The translations under genes and the position numbers were made by a program. The notes under the pieces are model-generated. The model was not told the origin of the DNA, made no database searches, and saw only the letters and a program-made list of their open reading frames with translations. Below, piece after piece: positions 42,647 to 54,900 of a DNA stretch of 64,000 bases. Position 1 is the first letter of the stretch, and each line of letters begins with the position of its first letter. The stretch lies in contig CAWCNS010000005.1 of assembly GCA_963796965.1 (NCBI GenBank), positions 640,001 to 704,000 on the forward strand, given 5' to 3'. The stretch is from Calditrichia bacterium (GTDB lineage: Bacteria > Calditrichota > Calditrichia > JAJRVZ01).

Positions 42647-42913
42647 CTTGTCTCACTGTATTAATTATTTTATGGTTATGATAATCTCGCATTTGAAAAT
42701 GGTGCCAATTAGACCCTGTTTACTTATCAAAGATCCTTTTCTAAGGGTTTTGTAAATCATACTTGCCACAGGCTATCACAGACTTTGTAAAAATATTAAA
42801 AGAGTATTTGGCTATAAATATTATCAAACTTATTGGAGTCTGTGTACGGCAGTGGCAAATTTATTTTATTGAAACAGCCTAATAGAGGGAGATACGCGAT
42901 GTTTGGCGTAAAA

Positions 42914-43330
42914 CTAGTCTATTTTTTCGCTCCAAACAATTTCACCCTCATCTTCAGCAGATCTCAGAATCTGGATACCCGCCCGCCAGGGAAGATTATT
43001 GTCTGGCCTGGTGATTTTTAGTAAAAAAGAATCATCCGGCTCCAACTCTACTAAAAAGAGACCCGTACCACACCACCCCGGTCCGGAATTTTCCCAACTT
43101 TCATTATTGTAAACCGACCATTGAAATACAGGAGATCTCTCTTCGTAACCCCAATACCATACGGATTCATCAGAGGTGTTTGATACTCTGAATTCATAGA
43201 GATTGTTCTGATTCTCCCCGGTATAGTAAATTGCAACATCGGTTACGATCGGAGAAAGGTCTTTTTTACATGAAAGGAGTGAAATGGTTAAAAGGATGAT
43301 TGCCAAAAATGTCTTTATCGCGTCATTCAT
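42914..43330 (-). CDS. Hypothetical lipoprotein
   Basis: Lipobox LLSC, RBS upstream. Confidence 0.6.
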   Translation of the reverse strand: MNDAIKTFLAIILLTISLLSCKKDLSPIVTDVAIYYTGENQNNLYEFRVSNTSDESVWYWGYEERSPVFQWSVYNNESWENSGPGWCGTGLFLVELEPDDSFLLKITRPDNNLPWRAGIQILRSAEDEGEIVWSEKID

Positions 43331-43733
43331 TTATTCTCTCACAATAGATAGCTAACACATAGCCCCATGTAATTTCTATTGCCACTGATAGTTGAAGATA
43401 ATTTAAGCAGAAATAGTGATATTTGTTTAAAAATATTTCAATGATTTATAAAATTGGAGGGATTTTGATCATATGGTCAATTTTGGGGAGAGGTCGGAGA
43501 TGCGTCAAATCAGGCTCTTGCAGAAAAACATGTGGAGATAAGATTTATCCTCATCCGGCACAGCGGAATTCGTTTGAAATGACATATCAAGGGGTCATTT
43601 CGACTGAGAAATTGAATTATATTCATTTTTGTTGGAGAAATCTAATAACCCCAGCCAATCTGCAACACCCTGAACTGTTTAGGTCCAGGGGTAATGTCCT
43701 GTTCGTGAATCACAATTTACAAACGCATCCCAA

Positions 43734-46700
43734 CTATAATTTATTGAATTTACGATCAAATTCTTTGTTGAGAGATTTGGCTGTTTTTATATTATCTTCC
43801 GGGAATCTATCGATCAACAAAAAATTGGGATCAATTCCCGCCCTGCCCGGTTCCGAATCTAAAACGATTTTTAATTCCATACTGGGTCTATCGATTTTTT
43901 GTCTGACAAAATAAATAGGTTTACTTCTCTCTTGGCTTCCTTTGGCATACACGCCAATATCAATCCAATCATTAACAGGAATCTCGGTTTCAACACCAAT
44001 CGAATCTGCACGGAATTTGTTACTTTCGATGGTTAAATACAATAAATATTTGCCATTATCCAGTTCACGATAGGATGCATCGCTAACCCGGTTACTAAAC
44101 AAAGTTATTGACTCAAACATATCATACAACATCGCTTGTAACGAATCGGGTGTAACCGCCTGAAATTCTCTCATAAGATCTATAGAAGTGGGATATGGAG
44201 GATTCGAATAAGCATGGGTTTTAACAAGTCTACTCAAGGCCAAATTAACTTTATCCTCCCCGATGTAATCCCGCAAAGCATACATTGTTACCCCACCCTT
44301 GTTATAGTGGATATAACCTTGATTTTCATTACGGTTAAGCGGCATTTCCTTTTTTGATTCCCTGCCCCGGCCACGTAAATATTTATCCATTTCATACCGT
44401 AAATATTGATACATTTTTTCACGACCATATTCTTGTTCCATCACCATAAGAGCCGTATACTGCGCCAATGTTTCCGAGAGGAAAGTCTCTCCCTTTACTG
44501 CTGCGCCCGTTACCTGATGAGCCCACCATTGATGTCCAATTTCATGAGCGATAATATAGAACACCATATCTATTTTATCCTGATCCCGAAGATCGGCTAT
44601 AAAACCGGCTGATTCCGAGCAAGGCATGGTACCAACAAATGACTGTGCAAATTGTTCAAAGCGCGGGAATTCAATAATCCGGGCTTGCTTATGTGTGTAT
44701 GGACCAAAATTTTCACTGCCGTATGCTAAAGTTTTTTTGATAGAGTTTATCATTCTCCCTACGTTCACATTATGTGGTTTATGATAATAAATTTCAACAT
44801 CGACATCGTTCCATTTATCCCGAGCAACCTCATATCGACCAGAATTAAAGGTAAAGAATTTCAAGCTTGGGGAATCCAACTTATATTGAAAATAACGGCG
44901 GTCGTCTTCATGCCATTCTCTTAGCAAAGATCCTGGCGCAATAGCAATTTGATCCGAAGAGGTGCTTATGGTCGTCTCCAATGTTACCCAATCCGAATCA
45001 AAGCCGATGTAGTTTTTCATTGTAGCCCTGGGATCATCCGGATTTGGTAAATCCACATAAGGTGACAAACCATTTTTTATTCGCTCCTTTTTTGATTCCA
45101 CGGTTCGGTGATTATTGTATCCAATATGTGGGAGAATATCATATTCAAGAAAGGTCCCATTTGACAATATGCGTTTTTGTGTAATTCGATTTTCAAAACC
45201 CCTCGAAACAGAGTTGATTTTAAAAGAAAGTTGGGTGGAATCACCCGGCAACAATGCTTTCTTTAAGCGAAAAATCCGGTACCCTAAATGATTATTTTCA
45301 AATACTAATTCTGAATGTGGGGTTACAAGATTTTCCACCCCCCATTTCGGATTGGTTGTAATCCTCAGCGAATCGATATTAGAGGTTGTTTTATTTTTAA
45401 GGATATATATCCCTGATATGGTCACATTTCGGTTTTCCGGATAAATATCTACGTTTAATTTAATATCCGTTACTTTTGGTTGAGGGAGAAATTCTGTTTT
45501 TTTATAGATCTTCTCATAGCCAGCATTAATTTTATTCTCATCATACTTTGTCCGGTATTCGTTGAGAATATTGGTATTGTAATAGATCCAGCTTCCCATT
45601 GCTAGTAAACAAAATAAAGTGATCGTTAAGGCCAGTCGGGAAGGAGATGTTAAATTTTTACGGGCAAGGGAGAAACGCTCCTTTATCCCAAAAGTTTTAC
45701 CACGTACCCAAAATATCGAGCCTATGATGGAGAGCAAAACACAGAAGATCAGCCAGTATATTTTAAAATTAATTATTCCAGCTGAGTAAGGTCCAAATCC
45801 ATAAAGGTCAGAGTAGATATATTTCGGCACTTCTGCGAACCGATATAAATTGTGCATCAATTCCCAATCATCAAATTTATTGTGTAATACAAGCAAGAAA
45901 ATAATAAGAGCAGCATAAGCAAAATATCGCTGGTTGATCAGCGTAAGGAATAGCATGGATAGGACACAAAACATGGCAAAATGTGTAAACTCAATAAGAA
46001 AAACATCTTTAAAGTAAAGTCCAAATTCAAAATTTGTATAACCATTTAATAACTGGCTGAGGGAACAAATGATAATAGCAAAAAAACAGAGCAACGCAAC
46101 CATAAGAATTAGCGCAGTGGTTTTCGACATAAAAGCAACCCAGGAAGGGAATGGTGCGGCATCATTCAATTCGTCGAATTTTGCATTTCTCTCCCGCCAG
46201 ACCAGAACGCCGGCATAATAAACGATTATGGGGAAGAATCCGAATAAATAGGCCCCTCTGACAACATCCAACATCTTATAGGTCACCGGATAATCGCTTA
46301 CACCAAATATATCCGGGGCGACAATGACAGAAGACGCTAAATTGAATGTTATAAACAATGTAATTAAAATAAAGGCTGGGCTGCGAACAATTCCTAAAAA
46401 TTCAATTTTAGTTTGACTAAGAAACTGATACAAATGTGTCCTGATCGTGTGGTGAACGTTAATTGAAGGTAAACTTAGATTGAGATAACTGAGACCTGAG
46501 GATGATATGGCCAGATCTTCTTTAATCACTTTACGACCACGTCTTGTCTTTGCTACGGTAAAGGAAAACACAGAATATAAAACTGCCAGGATGAGTATAC
46601 TCATCGCAGTCCAAATCGAACGGTTGAGCAACAACCACCCTGAGACAGAAACCATCGTCGTGTTCTTTTCGACTATGGTCCAGTACTTTGTTGTCAGGAC

Positions 46701-47348
46701 GGCTGCCTCCAGTCCAAAGGGATCAATAAAGTAGACAAGGTTTTGCAACTCCAAATTCTGAACCAGCATAATTGTAAAAGCATAACCAAAGAGGAGGAAA
46801 ATGGTGCTGGCAAAAGCCAAAGTCTGGCTCCTGCTGATAAGGGCAATACTGTAAAAGACTGCACCAGACAAAATAATATTAGGTAAGTAAAAGATTAAGA
46901 AACTGTTTAAATGAGCCGCAAAAATAAAAGGACCAACCCTATCAGGGTCCGCGAGAAGCGTTCCTGTCAAACTTCCTACAACCGCCCCCAGGAAGGGTAT
47001 TAACATAATTACGATGGTTCCGCAATATCGGCCAAATAAATAACCAAACTTTTCCACGGGGGTAGTAAAAATAATCTGACTAAAGTCATGTTTATAATCC
47101 CTCAAAGCCGCACCGGACATAAAGGCCGTCGCCATAAGAATACCAATTAAAGAAAGTATCGAATTGATGGCTAATATTTTGAAAGGTGAGTTGGCATTAA
47201 CATTATTTAAGTTACCAAAACCCCCAATACTCACATTTATATCGACGGTAATCGAGTGGGACAAAAACAGAAACAAGGCAAGAAACGCATAGACCATGGG
47301 CTGTCTCAGTCGGTATTTTATCTCAAAAATAAAGAATTCTCTAAACAT
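43734..47348 (-). CDS. ABC-2 type permease fused to an M1 family aminopeptidase
   Basis: Two permease halves followed by IIEFPR..AQSF, AHEIGHQWW (HExxH) and LSETLAQY. Confidence 0.9.
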   Translation of the reverse strand: MFREFFIFEIKYRLRQPMVYAFLALFLFLSHSITVDINVSIGGFGNLNNVNANSPFKILAINSILSLIGILMATAFMSGAALRDYKHDFSQIIFTTPVEKFGYLFGRYCGTIVIMLIPFLGAVVGSLTGTLLADPDRVGPFIFAAHLNSFLIFYLPNIILSGAVFYSIALISRSQTLAFASTIFLLFGYAFTIMLVQNLELQNLVYFIDPFGLEAAVLTTKYWTIVEKNTTMVSVSGWLLLNRSIWTAMSILILAVLYSVFSFTVAKTRRGRKVIKEDLAISSSGLSYLNLSLPSINVHHTIRTHLYQFLSQTKIEFLGIVRSPAFILITLFITFNLASSVIVAPDIFGVSDYPVTYKMLDVVRGAYLFGFFPIIVYYAGVLVWRERNAKFDELNDAAPFPSWVAFMSKTTALILMVALLCFFAIIICSLSQLLNGYTNFEFGLYFKDVFLIEFTHFAMFCVLSMLFLTLINQRYFAYAALIIFLLVLHNKFDDWELMHNLYRFAEVPKYIYSDLYGFGPYSAGIINFKIYWLIFCVLLSIIGSIFWVRGKTFGIKERFSLARKNLTSPSRLALTITLFCLLAMGSWIYYNTNILNEYRTKYDENKINAGYEKIYKKTEFLPQPKVTDIKLNVDIYPENRNVTISGIYILKNKTTSNIDSLRITTNPKWGVENLVTPHSELVFENNHLGYRIFRLKKALLPGDSTQLSFKINSVSRGFENRITQKRILSNGTFLEYDILPHIGYNNHRTVESKKERIKNGLSPYVDLPNPDDPRATMKNYIGFDSDWVTLETTISTSSDQIAIAPGSLLREWHEDDRRYFQYKLDSPSLKFFTFNSGRYEVARDKWNDVDVEIYYHKPHNVNVGRMINSIKKTLAYGSENFGPYTHKQARIIEFPRFEQFAQSFVGTMPCSESAGFIADLRDQDKIDMVFYIIAHEIGHQWWAHQVTGAAVKGETFLSETLAQYTALMVMEQEYGREKMYQYLRYEMDKYLRGRGRESKKEMPLNRNENQGYIHYNKGGVTMYALRDYIGEDKVNLALSRLVKTHAYSNPPYPTSIDLMREFQAVTPDSLQAMLYDMFESITLFSNRVSDASYRELDNGKYLLYLTIESNKFRADSIGVETEIPVNDWIDIGVYAKGSQERSKPIYFVRQKIDRPSMELKIVLDSEPGRAGIDPNFLLIDRFPEDNIKTAKSLNKEFDRKFNKL

Positions 47349-47456
47349 TATTTTCTCCAAATCTGTATTCTTGCGGTATAGATAAGAAACACAGAACCTA
47401 CGATGTACTCATATCCTGAATAATCTATCTCACACAGCGACACTAAGACGCAACGA

Positions 47457-48336
47457 TTATATTATTTTATTTTTGAGAATTTCAGTAAAGAACACATCTT
47501 CCAGGTCCACCTCAACGGGAGTAAAGCCATCATCAGGCCTGGTATCATTAAAAACATGGACCTCGGGAATCCCGGCGACAAGTTTGCTGGATATGACCCT
47601 GTACTTATGATTATAATCGGGAAGTTGATTTTTTTCAATCCTCTTAGACCATATTTTGCCTCTAATCCTCTCAATCGCTTCTTGTGGCTGATCCTTTAAA
47701 ACGAGTTTCCCGTTATGAATGATGGCCATATCTGTACAAAGTTCTTTTACATCATCAACGATATGGGTAGAGAGAATCACAATAATGCTTTCTCCAATTT
47801 CGCTGAGAATATTATAAAAGCGATTGCGCTCCCCCGGGTCAAGTCCAGCCGTTGGTTCATCGACGATAATTAACAGAGGCTCCCCCAGGAGAGGCCTGAG
47901 CAATCCCAAATCTTTGTTTCATACCACCGGAAAATGTACTCACATATCTTTTGCGGTATTCCCATAGATTGGTTTTCTTTAATAATGCATCAACCATATC
48001 CTTGCGTTCACCCTGGACAACAATACCTTTCAATATGGCCAGGTGATTGAGTAATTCTTCTGTTTTTACGCGAGGATAGACGTTAAATTCCTGAGGCAAA
48101 TAGCCAAGCACACGTCTTACTGCCATTTTATCCTTGAGAATATTCATATCATCCAGAAATATTTCTCCAGAATCCGGTTCCTGTAACGCTGCTATCGTAC
48201 GCATTAATGTGGACTTCCCGGCGCCATTCGGACCCAACAACCCAAACATACCCTGGTTAATGGTAAGGTTAATATCAGAAAGTGCCTTAACGCCGTTTGG
48301 GTAGGTTTTAGAGAGATTATTGATTTTTATTTCCAT
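47457..48336 (-). CDS. ABC transporter ATP-binding protein (one frameshift near 47893)
   Basis: GPNGAGKST, FSGGMKQR, IIVDEPTAGLDP; removing one base gives GIAQALLGEP. Confidence 0.92.
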
Positions 48337-48794
48337 CGGAAACCTCTGTTTTGGATAGTACAGTTTTAGCCCATTTTCAAGATGGACTAAAACTCGACCA
48401 TATTATCATTAATTGTTCTACGGGAATTTAATGTAAAAGATATACGGTCTCAATGACCGATTAACAGCTGGTAGGATTATCTGTGGATTGGGTAAATATC
48501 AGTTATTATTTGGTATTGGGGTTAGTATTATTTCTCGCAAAGACGCTAAGACGCAAAGTTCATTTCCACGGAGAGTGAACTAAACATTTTAGCCTTGCGA
48601 TCTCTGGCCTTTCACATTAGGACGCTGATACTGATTTTACCACGAAGATCACGAAGTACACGAAGCACATATCAAAGTTAAGAATTAAGTTTGTTTCTGT
48701 ATGGTTGAGGTAATTTTAATGCTTATTATATCCAGTTAAAAATCATAATTACTTCTTACCTTTTGCCTTTTTCCTTTTTCCTTTTACCTTTTCC

Positions 48795-49541
48795 CTATTT
48801 CATAAACCGCTCCATCAGCAATTCTTTTTTTCGACGCGATACTTCAATAATTGAATCATCGGACATTTTTACATATCCGCCGCTTCCTTTGATATAACGC
48901 TGGACATGTGAAGCATTGATTAAATGCGATTGATGAACACGTATGAAATCCATATCATGTAAAAGTTCATCGAAATCTTTCAAAGTTTTGCTGACCAGTA
49001 TTTTCTCATTGTTGGCAAAAATAAAATTGGTATAATTCTTCTCTGCCTCACAACGGATAATATCAGCAATTTTCACAACCATAAAACCGTCCAAGGTAGG
49101 AAGTACCATATTGCTTAGTTGTTTATTCAAATTGCTAATATTTTCTACAAAGGCTCCAATTTGCGGCTGGATTGTGCCGCTGAGATTTCGTTGACGAATT
49201 TTGGCCACAGCAGCGACTAAATCAGTTGCATTAATCGGTTTTAAAAGATAATCCAATGCACAGACTTTGATTGCCTGTAAGGCATATTGATCATGGGCCG
49301 TCGTAAATATGACATCAAAGTTTGCATGTTTACAGGCTTCCAAAAGATCAAATCCAGAGCCAAGTGGTAGTTCGATATCGAGAAAAACAAGTTGCGGTTC
49401 CCATTTTTTTATCTGTTCTATTCCCTGCTCGGCGGATGCCGCTTCATCGATTACCTGGATTTCTTCACAATAATTTTCCAAAAATCCTCGCAAAGTGTCA
49501 CGGCTGCTTTTTTCGTCATCAATGATGAGTGCTTTTATCAT
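48795..49541 (-). CDS. LytTR family response regulator
   Basis: IIDDE, FLDIEL, ALDYLLKP, FIRVHQSHLIN, VSRR. Confidence 0.93.
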   Translation of the reverse strand: MIKALIIDDEKSSRDTLRGFLENYCEEIQVIDEAASAEQGIEQIKKWEPQLVFLDIELPLGSGFDLLEACKHANFDVIFTTAHDQYALQAIKVCALDYLLKPINATDLVAAVAKIRQRNLSGTIQPQIGAFVENISNLNKQLSNMVLPTLDGFMVVKIADIIRCEAEKNYTNFIFANNEKILVSKTLKDFDELLHDMDFIRVHQSHLINASHVQRYIKGSGGYVKMSDDSIIEVSRRKKELLMERFMK

Positions 49542-49727
49542 TTCTTTGTTACTCTAATTAAATAAATTATTGTTCGCTATGATGTTAAGTTTATAGGCCA
49601 CAGAGTCACAGAGGTCCCGGAGGAAAATAATAGTCTCTTTTTAACTCTCTCCCCTTTTGGGCGATAGGGGGAGCATCCTTATTGGATAGCTTTTCAGGTT
49701 TCAACAAGAAAAAATTGCTTCATAAAA

Positions 49728-51020
49728 TTAACTCAACTCAATCGGGATTTCCAATCGAACCAATGTACCTGTTTGCTGGCTATTCTCCTTCTCCAAATCT
49801 ATGGTCTCACAGACTATCTTATTTCGGGTCTTTAGATTCATTAACGCGATACGTTTATTTACAATTTCGGTTCCTTTGGATCGATGCGGAACACGGTCTT
49901 TTGATTTATATTCCGCTGCTTTTTTTCGTCCAATACCATTATCTTCGATTTCGCATACGATCCGTTTATTATCAATCCTTGAAAACCGAAGATTTATTTT
50001 TCCGCGTTCTTCTTTTTTCATCAATCCATGCCAAACGGCATTCTCGACAAATGTTTGAATTAGCATCGTTGGAATTTCAATATAATAAATATCCTTATCC
50101 TTTACAGTTATCTCATAATCAAAACCATTATCAAAACGCAGGGATTCAATTTGTAAATAGAGATCTAATGTGGCAATTTCCTCACTTAATGCTATAGTCG
50201 GCTGATTTGAGTTTTCAAGCACTTTGCGCATCATATTTGCAAACTTTTGTAAGTAAGTGTGCGCTGAATCTTTATCATTCGCCATAATATATCGTTGTAC
50301 GGAATTGAGAGAGTTGAAGATAAAATGGGGATTCATTTGTGCTAATAAAGCATCCTGCTCAACCTTAATAAGATTGGCCTTCCATTCAACATTTGTTTTA
50401 AACCGTTTTATTACCCAAATGATAAAGGCAGATAATACAAACAAGAGAACAGCTAAGAAACCAATCTTAATATAAACTGTCTCAAAAAGTCGTTTTTCCT
50501 TTTTAAAAGTATGCAATCCGCTTTTACTGAGAAATAACATGTTATCAGGATCCTCTGAAATAGCGAGGATATGATAATTTTTTAAAGGCTCAAATACATA
50601 GAAATGGTTATCCAGGAAGGCAAAAGGCCCGCTTGACGTTGCCACCCAAAGATCTCCCTTCTCTGAAACAAAGAGATCGTGAATATCTTTGTCAAACAAA
50701 CCATCCTTATAGGTATATGAACGATACCGGGCACCCTCTATAACCCTAAGACCGTCTCGACTTCCCATCCAGATTTGACCATTCCTGTCAAAGGTGATTG
50801 CGGTAATTGAATCCGGAGAAAGTTCAAGATTTTTTAGATGGTAGCGGAGAAGATTATCTGGTGCTTGATTGAGTAATGTATCACCTCTAAGCCCAGGCAT
50901 AAGGTTTCGAGCAAGAGAGATGCTTTCTGGTGGAGCTGTTGATACTGTGGAGGGATTTTGTGCCAGAAGGGTTAACTGGGCAACTGTTATCACCAATATA
51001 ATAGACATTAGATTATACAC
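49728..51020 (-). CDS. LytS-type sensor histidine kinase with a short propeller sensor region
   Basis: AQMNPHFIFNSLN, LQIESLRF, VENAVWHG, IEDNGIG. Confidence 0.92.
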   Translation of the reverse strand: MYNLMSIILVITVAQLTLLAQNPSTVSTAPPESISLARNLMPGLRGDTLLNQAPDNLLRYHLKNLELSPDSITAITFDRNGQIWMGSRDGLRVIEGARYRSYTYKDGLFDKDIHDLFVSEKGDLWVATSSGPFAFLDNHFYVFEPLKNYHILAISEDPDNMLFLSKSGLHTFKKEKRLFETVYIKIGFLAVLLFVLSAFIIWVIKRFKTNVEWKANLIKVEQDALLAQMNPHFIFNSLNSVQRYIMANDKDSAHTYLQKFANMMRKVLENSNQPTIALSEEIATLDLYLQIESLRFDNGFDYEITVKDKDIYYIEIPTMLIQTFVENAVWHGLMKKEERGKINLRFSRIDNKRIVCEIEDNGIGRKKAAEYKSKDRVPHRSKGTEIVNKRIALMNLKTRNKIVCETIDLEKENSQQTGTLVRLEIPIELS

Positions 51021-51050
51021 GGTGAATAAGTTATATTTTTAAGAATTTAA

Positions 51051-51299
51051 TTACAATACAAATTTTATTGTATCGTCATTTTTCAGACGCTTAAAAATTG
51101 CCAGTCGTTCCGTCTCATCATCGACAACTAATTCCATATTTAATGAATAGTATTTGCCACCCGAACTGCGGTTCGAGACAGAAAGCGTAAACTTTTTATT
51201 GCCCGCAGCGTCAGCAGCGGCATCTCGCAGATTTTTCTCATCATCACCAATAATTCTATAGGACCAGTGGCAGGGGTACGTAATTTTTATTTTTTTCAT
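51051..51299 (-). CDS. DUF493 / YbeD-HP0495 family protein
   Basis: YPCHWSYRIIG..SSGGKYYSL..KFVL. Confidence 0.8.
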   Translation of the reverse strand: MKKIKITYPCHWSYRIIGDDEKNLRDAAADAAGNKKFTLSVSNRSSGGKYYSLNMELVVDDETERLAIFKRLKNDDTIKFVL

Positions 51300-51421
51300 G
51301 GAATTCAGACTTTTTTGTTTTTCAATCCTATTCCAAATATACTTTATAAACACCAAACAATAATGAAAAATTCAGTTCAATGGGGATATTGAATCCATGA
51401 TACAAATCAAGGTTTTTACAC

Positions 51422-54400
51422 TTACTCTTGCAGGAGAACCACTTTAGATATCATCAGACTGGATTCTGTTTCAGATTTGGCTTTTAATATAAGTTTACCG
51501 TCATTGCTATCTTCGCGCATTATATGGAACTTTACCCAGGAACCATCACCCTGGTATGAACCCAATTTGGATTTCCGCCCTTCAAACTCAAGCAAACCGG
51601 TCCTTTGGTTGTTGTTTAAATCGCTAAAATGGACAAGCAATGTTCCGAGTATTCCTTTGGGACAATCGATAGTGAGCTGCATGTCTTTCCCATGCCATAC
51701 GGCAGTACTTTCCTTTTTCAAAACACCCTCGGCAATTAAATTGTAACCAACATCTTTGGAGATCGCAACATCATCTAATTCAGACTTCCAGGGTTGAGAC
51801 TTGGTCTCTATTTGAAGGTTTCCGGCGGCATTCACAATCAAGATGGCATTATCATATTCATTTGGCCGGGAAGTGGTTTCAGCATTTGGAAGAGCAGGAA
51901 ATGCATTTTTTAGCCAGGCATAGGTGATGGTTTGCTTAGGGTCAAAATCCGAAGAATTCATGTATAACAACAAGTCTTTGCTTTAACTGTCTGGCAACGG
52001 GTAATTGAGATTTCAAATTGTAACCACAAACTAACAATTTTCCCTTTCCAACCTTTAACTCGAATATGGAACCAATTTTGTTATTTCGATGAAAATCATC
52101 CACAGGCTGTGCAATAGGCTTATATGAGGCGGGCAATTCATTCAAAATAAAGCCCTTAGCCAGATTGGAAATAGTTTCCCATTGCCAATCAGAATGGCAG
52201 GAGGTTGAAAAGTGATTAAATGCGGGATGACTATCTTTCAACAGCAGGCCCAGGCAGGTCTTTCCCTGACCGGGAAAAAAGGTTAATGACCAATACAAAG
52301 GATAAAAATTGGTTTCGACAGAAGTCTCCTCATTTCCTAGCGCATGAGCTAACAATAAGACTTTGCCGCCATTTCCCAGTACTTTATCCGTTATTTCATC
52401 CAATTTTTCCGAGATCAGCACATCTCCACTATCTATTTCCCTAAGCTTTGCCGGATACACCCAGATATCCCATTCATTTCTATAATCGGTTCCTTCAATA
52501 TCAATGGAAACAGATAGTTTTTCTGCCCTGTCGATTTCATTAAGTTTAAATTGGATTGTCCCTATATCAGTTAAAGTCCCTAATTCGAATGTCAGCTCGC
52601 CAAATATGCCCTGTGAAACTGTTTTACCATTTTCATTACAAATTTTCCAATGACAAACAGCCGTCACGGGCTCTTTTCCATGGTGAGAAATCTGAGCACG
52701 TGCGATGAAAGTTTCATGGGATTGCCAAACAAATTTCTCTATTCTTAACAGGGGGACAGTGGTAGTGTAATGTTCTCTGAATTTTTCTGGTGTGGTAATA
52801 CCTTTACTCTCCCAATGGGCATCGAGCCAGCCAATCAATGCTTCCCCTTGCCCCTGATAATCCTGCATACTTAACAATTGCACGCCGGCACAACTTGCGG
52901 TCCTTAGGAATGATTCCGTTTCGTATTTATACAGAAGCTGATTAAGTGCACCCGATGCTTTTGCAAAATCTACATCCTGATCTGCAATGCCGTTTTTTGA
53001 TGCCTGCTCTTTAAATTCTTCAAAATTACGCGCCTTTAGCACACCCGTATACTTATCAATTTCTGACCACTGCGGGTATACCGGCCATTGTCCGATTTCA
53101 TGCGCAATAATCGGAATATTCATTTTAGAATACGTTTCTTCAAAATCCCAATTGGTATCTGCACCCCTTAAACCACGGGTACGGCCAATATCCGAAATAA
53201 AGTGTGTTGCACAATAATCATCAACTTCTGTGATTTTTCTTGCTGTTGACACAGCGTATAATCTACGGGGATCTTTCAGTTTCAAATCTGCGACCCATTG
53301 TTTCGTCACATCAAAATCAGAATTGCCTAATTCATTGCCAATACAAAACATAATAAAGGAGGGGTGATTGCCATAGGTTTCAACCACACGATTCATCTCA
53401 GCTATAACAAAATTGTCGCGTAAGGTATCAAAACCAAGACCTTTCGGATGACCTTTTGTATCCATCTCCGGACGGCCACGGGCTACCATATCGGCACTCA
53501 TCCACCAGTCAATCCAAATCGATGCCTCTGCCTGTATATATATTCCAACCCTGTCAGCGGCTCTGAACGCCGCCTCCGGCGGACACCAGGAATGGAAACG
53601 GACATGATTTAATCCATAGTCCTTATATATCTTAAAGATGCGTTCCCAATCCTCCAGTTTGCATGAGGGATATCCGGTGAGAGGAAAGTGGACACAATCA
53701 AGATTTCCCCGCAGGAAAACTGGATTACCATTGATAAGTATTTTGGTTCCGTTATGACTTACCTGATAATATCCAAATTCCGTTTCAACTGTATCAGATC
53801 CCGTTTCGTTATTTAACCAGGTCTTCATAATGTAAACATGGGGTGTAAATTCACTCCACTTCTTAAGTTTTCCCTTGATTGCTAATATCAGATTAAACTC
53901 ATTTTGAGTTTCAGAGAGCGTAATATTCTTTTCACCGGAAAGGACTGTATCTCTGCTTTCGATTGAACCAATATTATATCCCAGGGTTACTTTATCACCC
54001 TTATTTAAACCTGCAAATATGGTAACAGCCAGTTCCTGATTATCAATGTCCGGATATATGTTAACCTTTTTAATTTGTAGTGATCCCCTGGCTCTTAATT
54101 CCATTTTTCCAACAATTCCATTCCAGATACTTTGAGTATAGTCACTATAGGCATGACCCTTGTCACCGATGTTATGGATCATATCGTTATTAATCTCAAT
54201 TGTTAAGGTATGTTTCCCAACGGAAAGTGATCCAATATCATGAACATGGGGAGTACCCAAAGCATCTGCCCGGCTTAGTTCTTTTTGATCAATAAATATC
54301 CGTGACTCCCAGAGTACACGTTCAAAAAAAACTTCAACTTCCTTATTTTCCCAAGTTTTAGGTACTTCTATTTCGCGGGTATATTTTGCTTTTCCAATAT

Positions 54401-54650
54401 ACTTGTATTCAGGAGTCAGAATTCCAAAGTCCGAACCCGTTGTCTTGTATCCAAATCCTTTTTCTGCGAGAGATGCCGGTAGTTCAATCATTCCTTCAAG
54501 GTTAAAATTATCCGGGTATTGCTCTGACAATTCGAGATTACCTTCCAATTGAACATGCCACTTTCCGGATAGATCAATCTTATTCTGGGCAAAAAGCACT
54601 TGTAAACCTAAAAGAAAAATGAGACTAAACAGTAATAATCCTTTATTCAT
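51422..54650 (-). CDS. GH2 family glycoside hydrolase (one frameshift near 51975)
   Basis: YIGKAKY, GIVGKMEL, FLRGNLDC..FPLTG, RFHSWCPP, NHPSF..GNEL, AHEIGQW. Confidence 0.85.
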
Positions 54651-54726
54651 AACTTTCTCAGTTCTTATAATCCAAATCATAATAGCAAATAAAGATGTAT
54701 GGATCTTTTTGAATAAGCAAAATCAA

Positions 54727-54838
54727 TTCCCCCCTTAAAGGGGGCTAGCCCCGAAGGGATGCCTTCGGCAGGGTATGTTTTTACCTGCCTTATAGAGAGA
54801 CCACATCCCCCTTAATCCCCCTTTCCAAGGGGGAGACA
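54727..54838. repeat. CCCCCTT/AAGGGGG-family palindromic repeat
   Basis: Two CCCCCTT..AAGGGGG hairpins; 28 bp identical (inverted) to 60297-60324. Confidence 0.8.
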
Positions 54839-54900
54839 GGTTCTCGCTATACCATGAATATTGCTTAATAACCGATACTGTCGAAAAGACACAACAAATG

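Noticed and set aside
43423..43914. 163-aa plus-strand ORF
   Set aside because: Runs through repeat-derived intergenic DNA and antisense to the ABC-M1 gene; no recognisable motifs
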